Below are positions 39,258-52,580 of a stretch of DNA of 64,000 bases, in pieces. The stretch lies in the NCBI GenBank assembly GCA_026770705.1, contig JANJGN010000036.1:2604001-2668000 (forward strand), given 5' to 3'. The stretch's first letter is position 1; the number at the start of each line of letters is the position of its first letter. The translations under genes were made by a program, and so were the position numbers. Below the pieces are notes generated by a model, which saw nothing but the letters and a program-made list of their open reading frames with translations, had not been told where the DNA came from and did no database searches. This DNA is from Isurus oxyrinchus (lineage: Eukaryota).

Positions 39258-41522
39258 TAAACACCCTCACATACACACACGCACACAGACTCACAAAGAT
39301 ATTTTCTTCCTCTCGCACACATACACACACATTCTCTTTCACACACCCACACAGGTATGTTCTCTCTCATGCATAGGCACACACACACACAGAGGCAGGT
39401 ATATTCTCTCTCACACACACAAACACACCAACACAGGTATTTTCTCTCTCATGCATAGAAACAGGCACACACACAAGTTTATATTCTCGCTCTGACATAG
39501 ACGTTTTCTCTCTCTCCCAAGCACACATGCACTCACAAACTCGCACAGATATATTCTCAAAAACAAGCAGACAGACACTCATTCACATACCCTCACACAC
39601 ACATTCTCTCTCAACACACACATATAAGCTCGCACAGATATATTCTCTCATACACACAGACACATAAACAAACATACCCTCACACATGCACAGTCACACT
39701 CACAAATATATTCAGAAATAGTGATCAGAAAAGGGTCATAGTTACAGTCCTAGAATAGTCCAGCACAGGAAGAGGCTATTCGGCTCATCCAGATGTGCTG
39801 GCTCTTTGGAAGAGGAATCCAGTTAGTCTCACTGCCACACTCCTTCCCCCATAATACTGCATGTTATTCTCATTCAATGATTTATCTGATTCTCCTTTTG
39901 AAGGATCCTATTGAATCATTAGCAACCTCCCCAGCAGACAATGCATTATATATTTGTGTTCTGAGGTATTTTGGTGCCCGTGTACAGAAATCAGACAGAA
40001 AGTTAACATACAGGAACAAATAACCAGGAGGAAGGTAAATGTAGTGTTGGCCTTTTTGCAAAGGGATTGGAGTACAAGAGTAAGGAAGTCTTACTGCAAG
40101 TGTTTTGCTGAGACCACGTCTGGAATATTGAGGAGGGTTAACAGATAATTGACATATGTGAATTATTTTCTTATACACGTGTGTCTGTCTGCTTGGATAT
40201 TTCAATGTTGGATTCATACAGCATAATTTGCAGTCAAGATTGTCTGATCTGATGCTGCAAGTTTTGTTATACACAATAATCGATGTTCCCTGGTTATTGA
40301 CCTCTCTTTGTCTCTCTCTCTCTCTCTCTCTGTGCATCTGTAAAAAGGAAAATTCACAAACATCAGTCAGCCATTTTAAGTTTCTTCATCATGGCTATTT
40401 TCTCCTCAAATCCAAGTCTCATCGGAGCAAGATTTACTCTTGTGCACCAAATATTTGACAATGTAAACAAAATGCAATTGATATAAAGTAAGATCACAGA
40501 TAGCCAGTGATCTCATTCAGTGCCAGAACAGGATTGAGTGATTAAATGGAATCCTCCTCTTCCCTTGTGCTCTGACCAATATCCTTCTTTCACTCTCTGT
40601 CTCTCGGCCCCCCTCTCTTTTTTGCACTTGCGCAGCCTGTGACTTCCCTAAGTCTCTCCCCTTCCCTCTGACACACTAATGATAGATTTGTCTCCTCACT
40701 AAGGTATCATTAGTACTTTAAAAATGACAGAGACAAAGCTATGCAGACATAAACGCTGATTGTATTCCCTGGCATATTGAATGATTAGGTGCAACTTGAG
40801 CAAAGTTTACAGGAAAATAATGGAAACTGATAGGTAGATAGAGAGAAATGCTTTCTGGTTGTGGAGCTTCAGACGAGGATCATAACCTAAAAATTTAGCA
40901 ATAGTCTGAAACCCTTTCAAGAGTGAATTGAAGAAACACTTCTTCACACAATGGGATGTAGAAATTCTGTTAATTCTGTAAATGGCCACTCCCTATCTCC
41001 TGTCCCACCATCCTCCAATATCAGTTTTCCATTAATTCCTGCTGTCTGAATTCTCAGACTAGAAAATTAGCTGGAACCTTTCTTTCCTGAAATCTGTGTT
41101 TGCTGTTTGTTTCCGCTCTGCCCCCTCTCTCTTTCTAGGCCTCTAAGTCCTTCTGTCTCTCCCTGCCATAAAAATGTAAGAATCTAGAAATGAGGGCAGG
41201 AGGAGCCCATCCGACCCTTCCCCCTCCCTCCGTCATTCCTTATTGAGCCTTTGGTGTGCTGCCTCTGGGTAGATTCATACAACGCACACGGCAAAGTCTT
41301 TTATACGATGGGAAGCAGCCAACACTGTTTCACTCAGTGCACATGCTACATTCATGATGCAATGTTATAATATCGAGTCAGACAACTGTCATCACACAGT
41401 GGCTAAATTTCACTGGGTCAACATTCTCACCAAGCACTAAACCTTCCCACAAAGCAGGGCTCACAAATCCAACACGATTTTCCTTGTTTGATTCTGCCTG
41501 GACTTTTCTGATTCTCTGATGG

Positions 41523-41645
41523 ATTCCTGGTGCTTATCCTCCACATGAGCATTCGCCCTAATCCCATGTACCTGTCCTGCTCCCAAACACGGCATCCAAC
41601 TACAATAAGGCAAGTGGTACAGGACCGTCTGATTGACTAAGACAG
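41523..41645 (+). pseudogene. Relic 123-nt exon (copy 3)
   Basis: xFLVLILHMSIRPNPMYLSCSQTRHPTTIRQVVQDRLID*D. Perfect CAG|GTGAGT donor; acceptor mutated to GG. Confidence 0.4.
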
Positions 41646-43739
41646 GTGAGTATCCATCCTGACCCAGGTGTGTACGTGACAAGGATTAATTCCAGAGACA
41701 ATAGAAACTGGGCTTCACTCTGCACATAAACCGTGCTGTACCTTCACTCAGTATTGGATGGGATGGTGCAGATGTGGAGAAGTTAATCTTTCAAAATCAT
41801 ATCAAAGTGTGTTTGAAATGTACTGAGCGTTCCTGCCTATCCCACCCTTTCAGAGAGTGAGTCGCTGATCCCCATCAGCTGATGGGTGAAAATATTACTC
41901 CTCTGTTCCAATTAAACCATTCACATTCAATCGATGCTCCCTAGTTATTGACCTCTCCGCTCAGGAAGGAAGGATCCTCCCTATTCACACTCTGTAGGCC
42001 CCTCATCATTTTATATCATCAATTCTTTGGTAGCCGGGTTTCAGCTGGACTGGAGTTGGTAGAGAATTCTGACATGAGCATCACAACCTGTCCTAACCTT
42101 ATACACCTTCGAGCAAACCTCCCCTCAATGGGATCAAATCCAGTTTCTCCAAACTCAGCATGGAGCTAAAATCCCTCATTTCTGCTGATTTATCCACTCT
42201 CAAATATTCTAAGGATCTCGATACTTCCCCTCTCAGTCTTTGTTTTCCACATAGTATTCCTCACTCCTACTCCTTATCCACAATGTCTGCATCGCTCCAT
42301 TGCCCTTTGCAAACACAGACACAGGGGAATTGGATTTTAGAGCTTTACACTTTTACAAGCGAAATTTTGAAACATTTCTAAGCACAAAAGATGGTAGAAG
42401 TTTGGAAGTGACTTCCCCAAATGCTGCTTCCTGATCAGTTCCAAGTTGTGAAGGGAACAATGGACAAAGTTGTCCAAGTGTTAAGGGGAACTGATGGGAT
42501 ATTATTTCGGAAGTGTCTTCCCCAGACAGCAATTGATGCTGAGTCACTGGCTGATTTTTATATCTAAGGTTGACCTTATCTTTACATACCTGTCACCAAA
42601 TCAATACTAAAATACAAATATTTCACAGCTGGACTCACACAACACAGACAGCAATGAATGTTACATTTTGGAAATGCTGTAAATGTTGTTAAACATCACT
42701 GCCTTTTCTGTAAGAACCATTTTGAAATGTCTATAACGTTTCTTTTATTGTATTGGAGCACCTCAGAGTGCTACATGATTTAAGTAGAAAAACTGAATAT
42801 CATTGCACTTTCTGAAATGTATTGTAATCTTGCAAATATTTTATGAATAAAGAATAATTTTGCAAAAAAAAGTTTCTATGTGAGTGTTTCTGAGATTCAA
42901 TGTATGTATTCATGATTTAAGATGATATGCTGGAATGCATGCTGAAATACCATAAAGCTACAAACAGCGGACAGTGGATGTTGAAAGAGAGTTGAGGGTC
43001 CATAGATTTTAGCGCGGGACAGCTTTACTCAAATGATACCAGGAAGGGGTAAATTACAAAGTGGGATTACACAAGGTCGGAATATATTCCCTGGAATTTA
43101 GAAAGATCAGAGGTGATTTCATCCTGCACTTCAACACGCTTGGGTCGGAGAAGTTTAGTACTGTATTCTACAAGTGTTGATTGATGCTCAGACAATTGTT
43201 AATTTTTAAATATAATATTGAACTAAATTTATTCTGTCACTCTCTGTCCCCTGGTGTGTGTGTGTGTGTGTGTTTCACTCCCCATTCTCTGAATCTCTGT
43301 AGATCTCCTCATACATCGATCAGACATTTTGTGTTTGTTTATGGTGGCCATTTTCTCCCTAAAGCTCTGTATATTCACAGCAAATCAGAAAGTTTCGATC
43401 CCAGGGTTAGAACAGTAAAGGTGTGCATGTAGGTGATTATGAGAGTGTCTAGCAGAGGGTAGATTGGTAAAGGTGTGTGTGTGATTCTGATATTATCCAG
43501 CAGGGGTATGGAACAGTGAAGGTGAGTGGGGTATACCAGCGCTCTACTGTAGGTTGATATAAACTGTGTTTTAAACATTTTTTGCCTGGGGAAATTTGCA
43601 CCAGTGCCCCCATTGTTGTGTCCGGTCCTTATTAACCTGATTAATATTGAAAATGATGTGTCAACCTGTACCACCCTCTCCCTGCAGGCGGCAATCCAGT
43701 GACTTAGTTGTTGGGGAAGCAATGTGGGCACATTTTCCC

Positions 43740-44150
43740 ACAATCCCCCGCGGGGCGGGAACGTCATCTATCAGTTACACGGGCCGCGCTGCACTCTGGG
43801 AGGGAGAGACCAGCGCACAAGCGCAGCTCCGCTCCCCACTGCACGTACTGGTTTTTATTTATTATTAATAATCATTATTTATTGTTAACAATAATAATCA
43901 CATACCGGCCGGCTCAGAATCCCAGTTCCCGGCTTATCGTGAAGAGTCGCTTTTTCCTTTTCGCTTTACTATTTAAAGGGGAGGAGCCGTCGGTGACCTC
44001 AGGCCAACATGGCGGAGAAAGCACCGCCCCCTCAGCTGTTGGAAAGAGCAGCAGCCGGGCCGGGGTGTGGTTTAGAGATGTCCAAGGGATGAGCAGCCGG
44101 TGGAACAGTAGGTCTTGAGGAGAGTGAGACCGGCCCCTAGCGGACAGGAG
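43740..44150. promoter_or_regulatory. CpG-island-like promoter segment with no assigned gene
   Basis: Local CpG enrichment, GC box GGGGCGGG (43752-43759) and YY1-type AACATGGCGG (44006-44015). Confidence 0.5.
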
Positions 44151-46564
44151 TGGAAACAGCAGCAGAAATTGTCTCTTCGCAAAGGCTCCAGTTCAGTTGT
44201 TAGAGGCTCTGGGAACCTCTTCAAATATAAATTTCAGCTTCTAAATCCATCACCAACAAGAACCATTCCCTCTGCAGAGCAGCTTTACTCTCCATTCCCA
44301 GCCTGTATTCCACCTTGTTCGCAACAACTGTGCTTCCAGATACTTTATACCCTGAGATATTTACAGCAAAAACTAGTCCTGGATCACATTTAATAATTGT
44401 TTTGGGGTCAGAATTCAGTCATATCATCAATTACATTCCCAACTTGGGCTATGGCGATATATTTGTATTGTCTCATTTCACAAGAAAAAACAACGAGATT
44501 TTCAACTCTGCTTATGTTATTCTTTTAATAACTTACCTGGGTTGACTCGACTGAGATTGACATTAACCCTCCCTGCTCTCTGTCTGTGTGTGTGTGTGAA
44601 GGTGTGCGGGTGTGTATGTGTGAATGTGCCTATAGGTGTGAGGGTATGCGTTTGTATGAGTGTATGCCTGAATGTGTTTATGACTGTGTGTACCAGTGAG
44701 TGTCTGTGTATCTGATTGTGGATGAGTGTGTCTGTGTATGCGACTGTAAGTGTGCAAGTGAGTGTGTGTCTGTGTGAGAAAGTATGTGTTTCTTTATACA
44801 TGTGGGTGACTGTGTTTTGTGTGTGTGTGTCTTTGTATGCAAGTGCATGTGTGCTTGTCTGTGTGTGTCTGCAAGACTGAGTGTGTGTGTATGAACATGG
44901 CTGAGTGTGTGTGAGGTTGTCTGTGTATGCGAGTGTGTACTTATGATTGTGGGTGAGAGTGTATATGTGCTCGGCTATGCGAGTGTGTGCGTGATTGAGT
45001 GTGTCTGTGTGAGATTGATATTATAAAGCAGCAGCACATGCCACCTTTGGAACAGAATCACTTTACCCACCTTGTGCCCAGTTTCTGTTTACAGTATACA
45101 GAAATAACTAAGATATCATTCGGCCTCTGTGTGGTTATTGTGGTTTGGGGAAGGGTCACCAGTTTCACCAGAGTCAACACTGCTTTATGAAAGTTAAAGT
45201 TTCTTCGTTGGAGCTTTTTTGATGTTTGTGGCTGGCAGGGAAAATAAGGGGCAAGAGTGGAGTTATTGCATTTGGATTGCAAATCAGCTGGCCTCTCTCT
45301 GTGTCACCGAAACCTACAGGGGTTCAGATCAAGAGATGAAAAATGGGAAAAGATTGCAGAGCTCTTCACTTCAGGGGCAGCACGGACACAATGGGAATAA
45401 AGGCTGCAAGGAAGTGAACATAAATTCTCTCCTATATCTTCTTTGTGTTTTCAATTAGTTTTTTTTTTCCTAGGGCAAAGAATCTGTGTGATAAATTGAG
45501 AAAACTATCTTGGAAACATAATTAACAAAAACCTTTAACAAAATCCAACGTGTCGTCTGGTTAAAGATTGACAATGTATTGTAGAGGAGTTACAGAGTAC
45601 AGCAAAGTTTATCTCTCCCATTCTGAATGAGATTACAGTCTGATAACTGAACCAAACGTGCACATTGCAGTCTGAAATAATTCCCAACTACCATCGCTAG
45701 ACAATATTTCCAATGGGGAATGAGCAGAGAGCTCATGCAAAGGTCAGGTAGTAAAAAAGGCGAATACACCACCCGAGCGAACTGTGCACCCGGATTGAAA
45801 CTTCAATCCCTTACACTATTGGTCAATATTCACTCTTCATCAGTCTGTTTCCAGATGCAGCCACGCAGCAGCTGAACTTCTCTGAGACTGCCAAAGCGCA
45901 GCACCTGTAGTGGGGGTGAGCAGCCAGCAGAGGGTGGGCTTGTATCACTTTAATCACAAGACAGTGAAACTGGTTTGAGAAGAGGCCTTTTAAAATTCAT
46001 TCCTTCATCAAACGATAACAAGAGACAAAACACTGACAAACGATGCGAGTCCAGGCTGCATCACTGCCTGTGCAGAGGAAGACAGAAATCCCAATCAAAA
46101 CACCTGGTACCCTGTAGAATGCACAATGAACACCGTGCATAAGGAGATGAAACTGTTCAGAAATCTCTCATGTGTCACAATCCGAGGCCTCGTTTCAGTT
46201 TGACATCCTGATTGCCATAAATGTGTGAGCAAACGTTCCAGGGTAAAACAATTAATAAATCTATCAGTGAACCGCTGGCTCCAGCGCTCTGAACCACATC
46301 CCAACTCTTCCTATTTTGGCTTCTAATTGGGGCATCTTGGTGAAAGTGACACCGAGCTCACTGCGCGCAGTGGGAGCATTGACCAAATAAAAATAACTGA
46401 ACAGAATCTCAACACAATGACATCCCTGCAGCTGGGAAACAATTGTAGAATTATCCAAACAAACTAGCTGACAAGAGTCTAAAGATTTATTCTCCATTTA
46501 TATTGCATGTCTGTTATATTGTATAGTGTGACATGGAAAAGGTCGGTTTTCTTCTTTATGGAGC

Positions 46565-49104
46565 TCAATTGTTTTTATTCTTAACAAATTTAACAATCAC
46601 CAGAATCGGATATATCAACACGCTCTTGAACTGTTCTCTGAACCTGCTCTGGATCACTCCATAAATAAAGGTGTTTGTGCAGGAACTTAAATTCAGCAGC
46701 ATAAACCTGATATGCTCAAAAGAGTAATCTAAGAGAGTTGTTCCTTCAATGTTATAATATAAGAATTCTGCAACAAATGGCAGCCACATGAGAAAGAAGC
46801 TGCCTAAAATTGTGAAGAGTAAAATAACGGACTTCCTTCTGCTCTTCATTTCTGGGTCACTGCGGCTCTCTCCATTGTTCTGACCCCTCAGAGCCTTACA
46901 GACTCTGCTGGCTACTAATATGTGTCTGACTGTAAGAATATTAAGCAGTAATATTAGAACACATGGGAGAAGTGGTGCTAACATTATATCAAACCAGTCC
47001 AAAGCCATCCAACCAAGCTCAATAAAAAGTTTGGCTTAACAGAACAAAACCAGGGCGTATTCTCAATTATCTCCACAGGTTCATATATAAAGTACAAAGC
47101 AGCGCTTTTTAAACTCATCAGAATGCACGTCATTGCTATAATTATAGACACAGTTTCCTTTGTGCAATATTTTGTTCTCTGCTTTTGGCAAAAGATGGCG
47201 ATGAAACGATCAAACGAGAAACTAATGGTTAACCAAACTGAGCTCGATGCATGAGTCAGAACAGCGATAGCACTGCACACATGGGTAAGGGAGAGTAAAG
47301 ACCCAGGTAGAGTTAATAACCCACCGAAATAATATGATTTCATTCATACTAACCAGTAGATCCGTCACCACCTTTGCCAGCATGTAGCTAGTGATACATT
47401 TGGAAAGACCACACTTTCCCCGGGTCAGTGTCACCATTGCAATGAAGTTAACTGTAAAAGAGAATGAGAGAGAAGTTGGGGGGAGGAGAGAGAAATGATA
47501 CAGGAAGTTAATGATACATCTCAACAGCGAATTCTAAAAACCTGATTCTAAAAATATTGCGTTTGACTTTGGGGAGATTTCAGTCTTTCCATCCATGTTT
47601 ATAAAAGCGCACTGAGGTAGATCATTCAGAAAGATTAGAAACAAAACTCTGAGTCTCTCAGATTCCTGTTTCATTCTCAATTCCTGGCTGGTCTCTTCAA
47701 CCTAAGACCACGCTTCAAACTAATTCTTCAAACTAATGAACGTGGAGATTGTTCAGATAATTTCAGAATGTAGTGAAATGCATTTAAATGTATTATGTTG
47801 CATTTTAGTAAGAAACCGTTGAAGTAATATTATTAGTATCATGGAGAACAAAAGTGGTCCTTGATCACTTTAGAAAAAAATCACTAAATTTGGAGGTCCA
47901 TGTTCATAAATACATTAGACGTATAATAGAGCAGCATCTGGAATGATATATCTGGAAAGATACAATTGAAAAGAGGGAAATATATGTTAAAGCTGCTGAC
48001 GAATCTTGGTTAGACGACATGTGGAGTGCTGCTTGCATATGGGCGCTTTGGAGAAGCAGCAAAAATGATTCATAAGGAAATGAATGATTATTTCTATCGT
48101 GAAGGAATTAACCGACTGTTTTCCTTTCTCGAATATAAGCGGCTAGAGATGACCTAACCAAAGAATTCTGTTGGAGAAACTATGATTGTTTCAGTGAAGA
48201 AAGTCTATTGTGGAAAGCTTTCTTGGAGATTGACAAAATTGTGTTAGGAATAGACACGTGAGGCAATGGGAATTCAGCCCCTATTGACAGAGGTACAAAG
48301 ACTACTTCATGCTGTGAGTGGTAATGACCTGGAACTCACATTCCAAGGATGGTGGCAGCGGAGAGAATGAATTATTACAAAAAGACATTCACTGAGGCAA
48401 ATAATCTGACAGGCAAAAACCGGAGTCAGGGTTTTACATGCGTTACTCTAATATAACGGGTATGCTCTCCATGGTCGAATGACCTTCTTCCGTGTTTTAA
48501 TAATTCTATGGGTCCATGACTCTGGGAGACACCTGGACCTGTGTCAGATACGCATATAATAAAATAAGATTTCATCCGGGGTATAAACCCTAAACACACT
48601 GAATGCCCAATTAAACTGAATACCATGATTTGGGAGAGATTCCTGATCTCGGCTTCGTAACACTGAGACCGTGTGATTTTCAATTAACTATCGCTGGAAG
48701 CATATTTGTGAAGAAATTTTTCAGAACTGCTGCATTGCTCAATATGAAACCGCATTAGCCCCTGATAATTGTCAGATAATTGTTCCTCTGCCAGGATTTT
48801 GTTCCCAGTGCATTTAATATCGAGGCTAATCCAGTTGCATCATCAGAGTTGGAAATACACAGATAATTTCAAATCTTATGGGGAGATTAAAAGAGCGAAG
48901 AAGAGCGTTAATTCCTTTCATCTTGCACCAACTGAACAGAGCAAAGAGCTGAGAGGGGAAAAATGAGGCGACAGAAATATTGCTACTTGCATCAGCACAA
49001 TTATACATCATTAACAGATGAAATAAAAACTCACCAGGAACTCCAACTGCTGCGAGACAAGGATAGTAAATGTGCTCTATCGGAAGAATGGATGCATATC
49101 CCAT
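46565..49104 (-). pseudogene. GPR139/GPR142-like class A GPCR, two exons (49035-49104; 46565-47451), disrupted
   Basis: MGYASILPIEHIYYPCLAAVGVP|VNFIAMVTLTRGKCGLSKCIT...SVWLTISFSFDRFIAI...LLPCVLILLLNILTVRHIL...DPEMKSRRKSVILLF...LSSCTNTFIY. Frameshifts near 47310 and 47025 give a premature stop at 47222. Confidence 0.9.
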
Positions 49105-49729
49105 GGTAGAGAAACACTGAAGCCGGTTGTGCTGAATCCACAGCTCCAATGGGCGCGCCGAGATTCAGCATTTGAAGAAGCCTTGATTTAAAGACATCTT
49201 AAACCTGCTCTGGTCCGGCTAATCCCCAGATCATTGCTATTAGATACACTCACATAAACAAACAATTTGCATCAGCAGCTTTGATTGCAATGCGAATAAC
49301 AATGTCGTGCAAAACACAAACATCTCCAGCTGCAGGTTGTTATTTTTAGAAACCATTTAGTTGGAATCGCGCTAAAAAACTAAGCCTGCAGAGTCGATCC
49401 AACAATAATTAACCAATCGCATTGGGCTTTCATTCTGTGAAGCCCCTTCTCTCCTGCGGGCACATTGTTAAATGTTAATGATCACTTCGCAAATTGTACA
49501 TTGTGCCCAGGGATCTGTTCCACTGCTTCCACGTCAAAATGCAACGTCTCAGACCCTGACCCGAGGTCCATTGAAGGCCTGGTCCATGAACGTAGTCTAG
49601 AAATTACTGCGATTGATGCCAGGAGGAGAACAATGAACACATTCTGTTGACATTCCTCTCTCCGTCACATCCCTGCTGCTTCCACATTAGCTCAAATTTC
49701 CAGGACGATTTGGACTGTGATACCACATG

Positions 49730-50560
49730 ACTGCATTCCTCGGGTTCAATCATTGTCGAACGCTTTTCACCCTTCCTCCTGCTCTCTTTGTGGCATCAGC
49801 AAATTTACCAACCATACCTTCAGCCCCTCCATTAAAGTCATTTATATAAAGTGGAAAATGTTGAGTCCCGTGTACTGATCCCTGTAGAAAACAGCTCGCT
49901 AGAACATTCCAACCAGCAAATAAATACCCATTTATGGTTACCCTCTGTTTCTGGTTAGCCTGATAATCCGCTAGCCATGTCCATATGTCACTCCATCCGC
50001 CATGAGCTTTTAACTGTCGCAATAACCTGTGATGTGGCAGCTTATCAAATGCCTTCTGCCAATCCTAGTTCAGTATATTTACCAGTTCCCTTTGATCCAC
50101 AGCACATGCAACTCCTTCAAAGAACTCCATTAAATTGATTAGACATCATTTCCCTCTCAAACCCATGTTGACTGTGTGGAATTGCAATGAAGTTTCCTCA
50201 GCATCCTGCCATCACATATTCAATAATATATACCCACATTTTCCCACTGACAAATGTTAAGCTATGTGGCCTGTAGTTTCCTACTTTCTGTCTCCTTCCC
50301 TTTTTGAATAAATTCCTTGCATTTGCTGTTTTCCAATCTCATGACACCTTCCCTGATTCCAGGGAATTTTGACAAATTAAAACCAAAGCAACAACTATCC
50401 CGCTAGCCACTTCTTTAAAGACCCGAGTTTGAAGTCCATCAGGACCCGGGGATTTGTCAGGTCACAGGGCCAACAATTTGATAACTAACACTTCGCTAGT
50501 GATTGCTATATACTTGAGTTCATCTCTCCCTCCCAAATCCTGATTTACAGTTATTTCTGG
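49730..50560 (-). mobile_element. Decayed CR1 LINE RT fragment
   Basis: QKQRVTING...LQGSVHG...LYINDF...KFADATK. Confidence 0.8.
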
Positions 50561-51985
50561 GATTTACTTATCGGGAGAAGTGATGCAAAATGTGGACATG
50601 GACTCCTTCAGTGTTTGCGGAGTTGCAAATGGTGCTGAACATTTTGTAATCACCAGTGAACATCCCCACTTTTGATCTTAGGCTGGACGCAGGGTCACCA
50701 AAGAAGCAGCTGAAGATGTTTTGGCCTAGGACATTACCCTGAGTAACTCTTAAAATTATGTCTTCAATTTGAGATGATTAAACTACAACAACCACAAGCA
50801 TCTTCCTTTATTTTAAGCATGACTCCACACAGCGGAGAGTTTTCCACCTGATTCCCATTAATTCCAGTTTTGCCGGGGCTCCGTAATGCCACAGAACGTC
50901 AAATGCTACTTTAATTTCAAAAGCAGTCGCTCTCACCTCACCACTGGAGTTCATTTCTTCTGCCAATGTTTGAACCTAGGCTGTAATAATGTCAAAAGTT
51001 GAGTGACCATGGCGGAACACAAATTGAATGTCAGTGAGCAGGGTATTGATAAGCAGTGCCGCTTCATAGCACTGCTGATAACCCCATTGCATCGCTTTAA
51101 CGATGATGGAGAGTACAAAGATAGGGCAGTAAATGGCCGGTTGCATTTGAACTGTTATTTCGTATACATGACGTACATGAGCAATGTTCCACATTGGCAG
51201 AGAATGATACAGCCCAAAATGAGGCCATTCAGCCCATTGTGTCTGTGCTGCCTCTTTGGAAAAGTGCCACTGTCACGCGCCTCTGAGAATAGAAAACCCT
51301 CCTCACTCTCCTCTGAAATGAGACACCTCTCATGATGAAGCTGTGCCGGCAAATTCTAGATTGGCCCCGCGAGGAGCAGATCTGGTCAATCCCTCTCAGA
51401 AGGCTACATGCTTCCATAAGATCTGGTCGATCCCTCTCAGAACGCCAAATGCTTCAATAAGATCACCTCTCATTCTTCTAAATCCGATATTTGTGGCTCC
51501 ATCCGGCTCAAAGTGTTCTGCAAAACACGCCTTCATCTCACTGAGCCTTCACAGAACTGACTCCCATGTGAGTCGTACACATGTACATATAAACACACAC
51601 ATACACACACACTCACATACTGAGTAGTACGCACACAGATAAATACAAATACATCAAAAAGGACAAAGGCAGCATGGGAACACCACCACCTGCACTTCCC
51701 CTCCAAGTCACACATCGTCCTGAGCTGCAATGAGATCGCCGTTACTTCCCGGTCGTTGGATCAAAATCCTGAAACTCGCTTCCAAACAGCACTGTGGGCG
51801 CACCTACATTACATGGACTGCAGTGGGTCAAGGAGATGGCACATCACCAGCTTCTCAAGAGGAATTAAGGATAGGCAACAAACAGTGGCCTGGCAAGGAA
51901 CGTTCACACCTCATCAATAAATAAAACATGCATATACACACAGATACACTCTCACTTATGTACAAACAAGGGCAACAAGGCACAC

Positions 51986-52580
51986 ACATGAACACGGACA
52001 TATACAGAAATATAACTGCATACTCAAATCTTGTATAACACTGCAAAATGTGGCTTCCTCTAACAAACAGAACCGGGAGGGATAACACTCTAGATCAGTG
52101 TCTGTTGAAGGAATTCCTCCCTGATACTTACCTGACCCTTCTATTATTAGATGTCAATGCGGTTTCCAGTTAGAACGATAATGGGGACCGGATGCAAATA
52201 AAGGTGATGATTACAGACTAATGTCCTCTGTTAACGGGGAGACATATCCCTTGCAATCTGGAGCTAAATACAGAGAAAAGTGTCGAACAAGCATTGCTGG
52301 TTATAAATCTAACAATGAGAGATAATTTCAATGAATCATATAAGATTCTGAGGGAACTTTGATAGGGTACATGTTGAGAGACTGTTTGCCCTCATGGGGA
52401 ATCTGGAACTAGTGTCTACAGCTTCAGAAATTGCGTTTTCTCAATTCCGACTGAGATGAGATGTTTCTTCTCTCCGATTGATTTTTGAATTGTCCTGCCC
52501 AGAGAACAGTTGAAGCTGGGTCAGTGAACCAACTGAAATCTGAGTCAGACAGGGTTTTCATTGACAAGGTCGTCCTGAAA
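51986..52580 (+). repeat. ~600-bp direct repeat, copy 1 (copy 2 at 58576-59165)
   Basis: Collinear similarity from acatgaacacggac to ttgacaaggt, including the non-TE 5' part. Confidence 0.9.
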
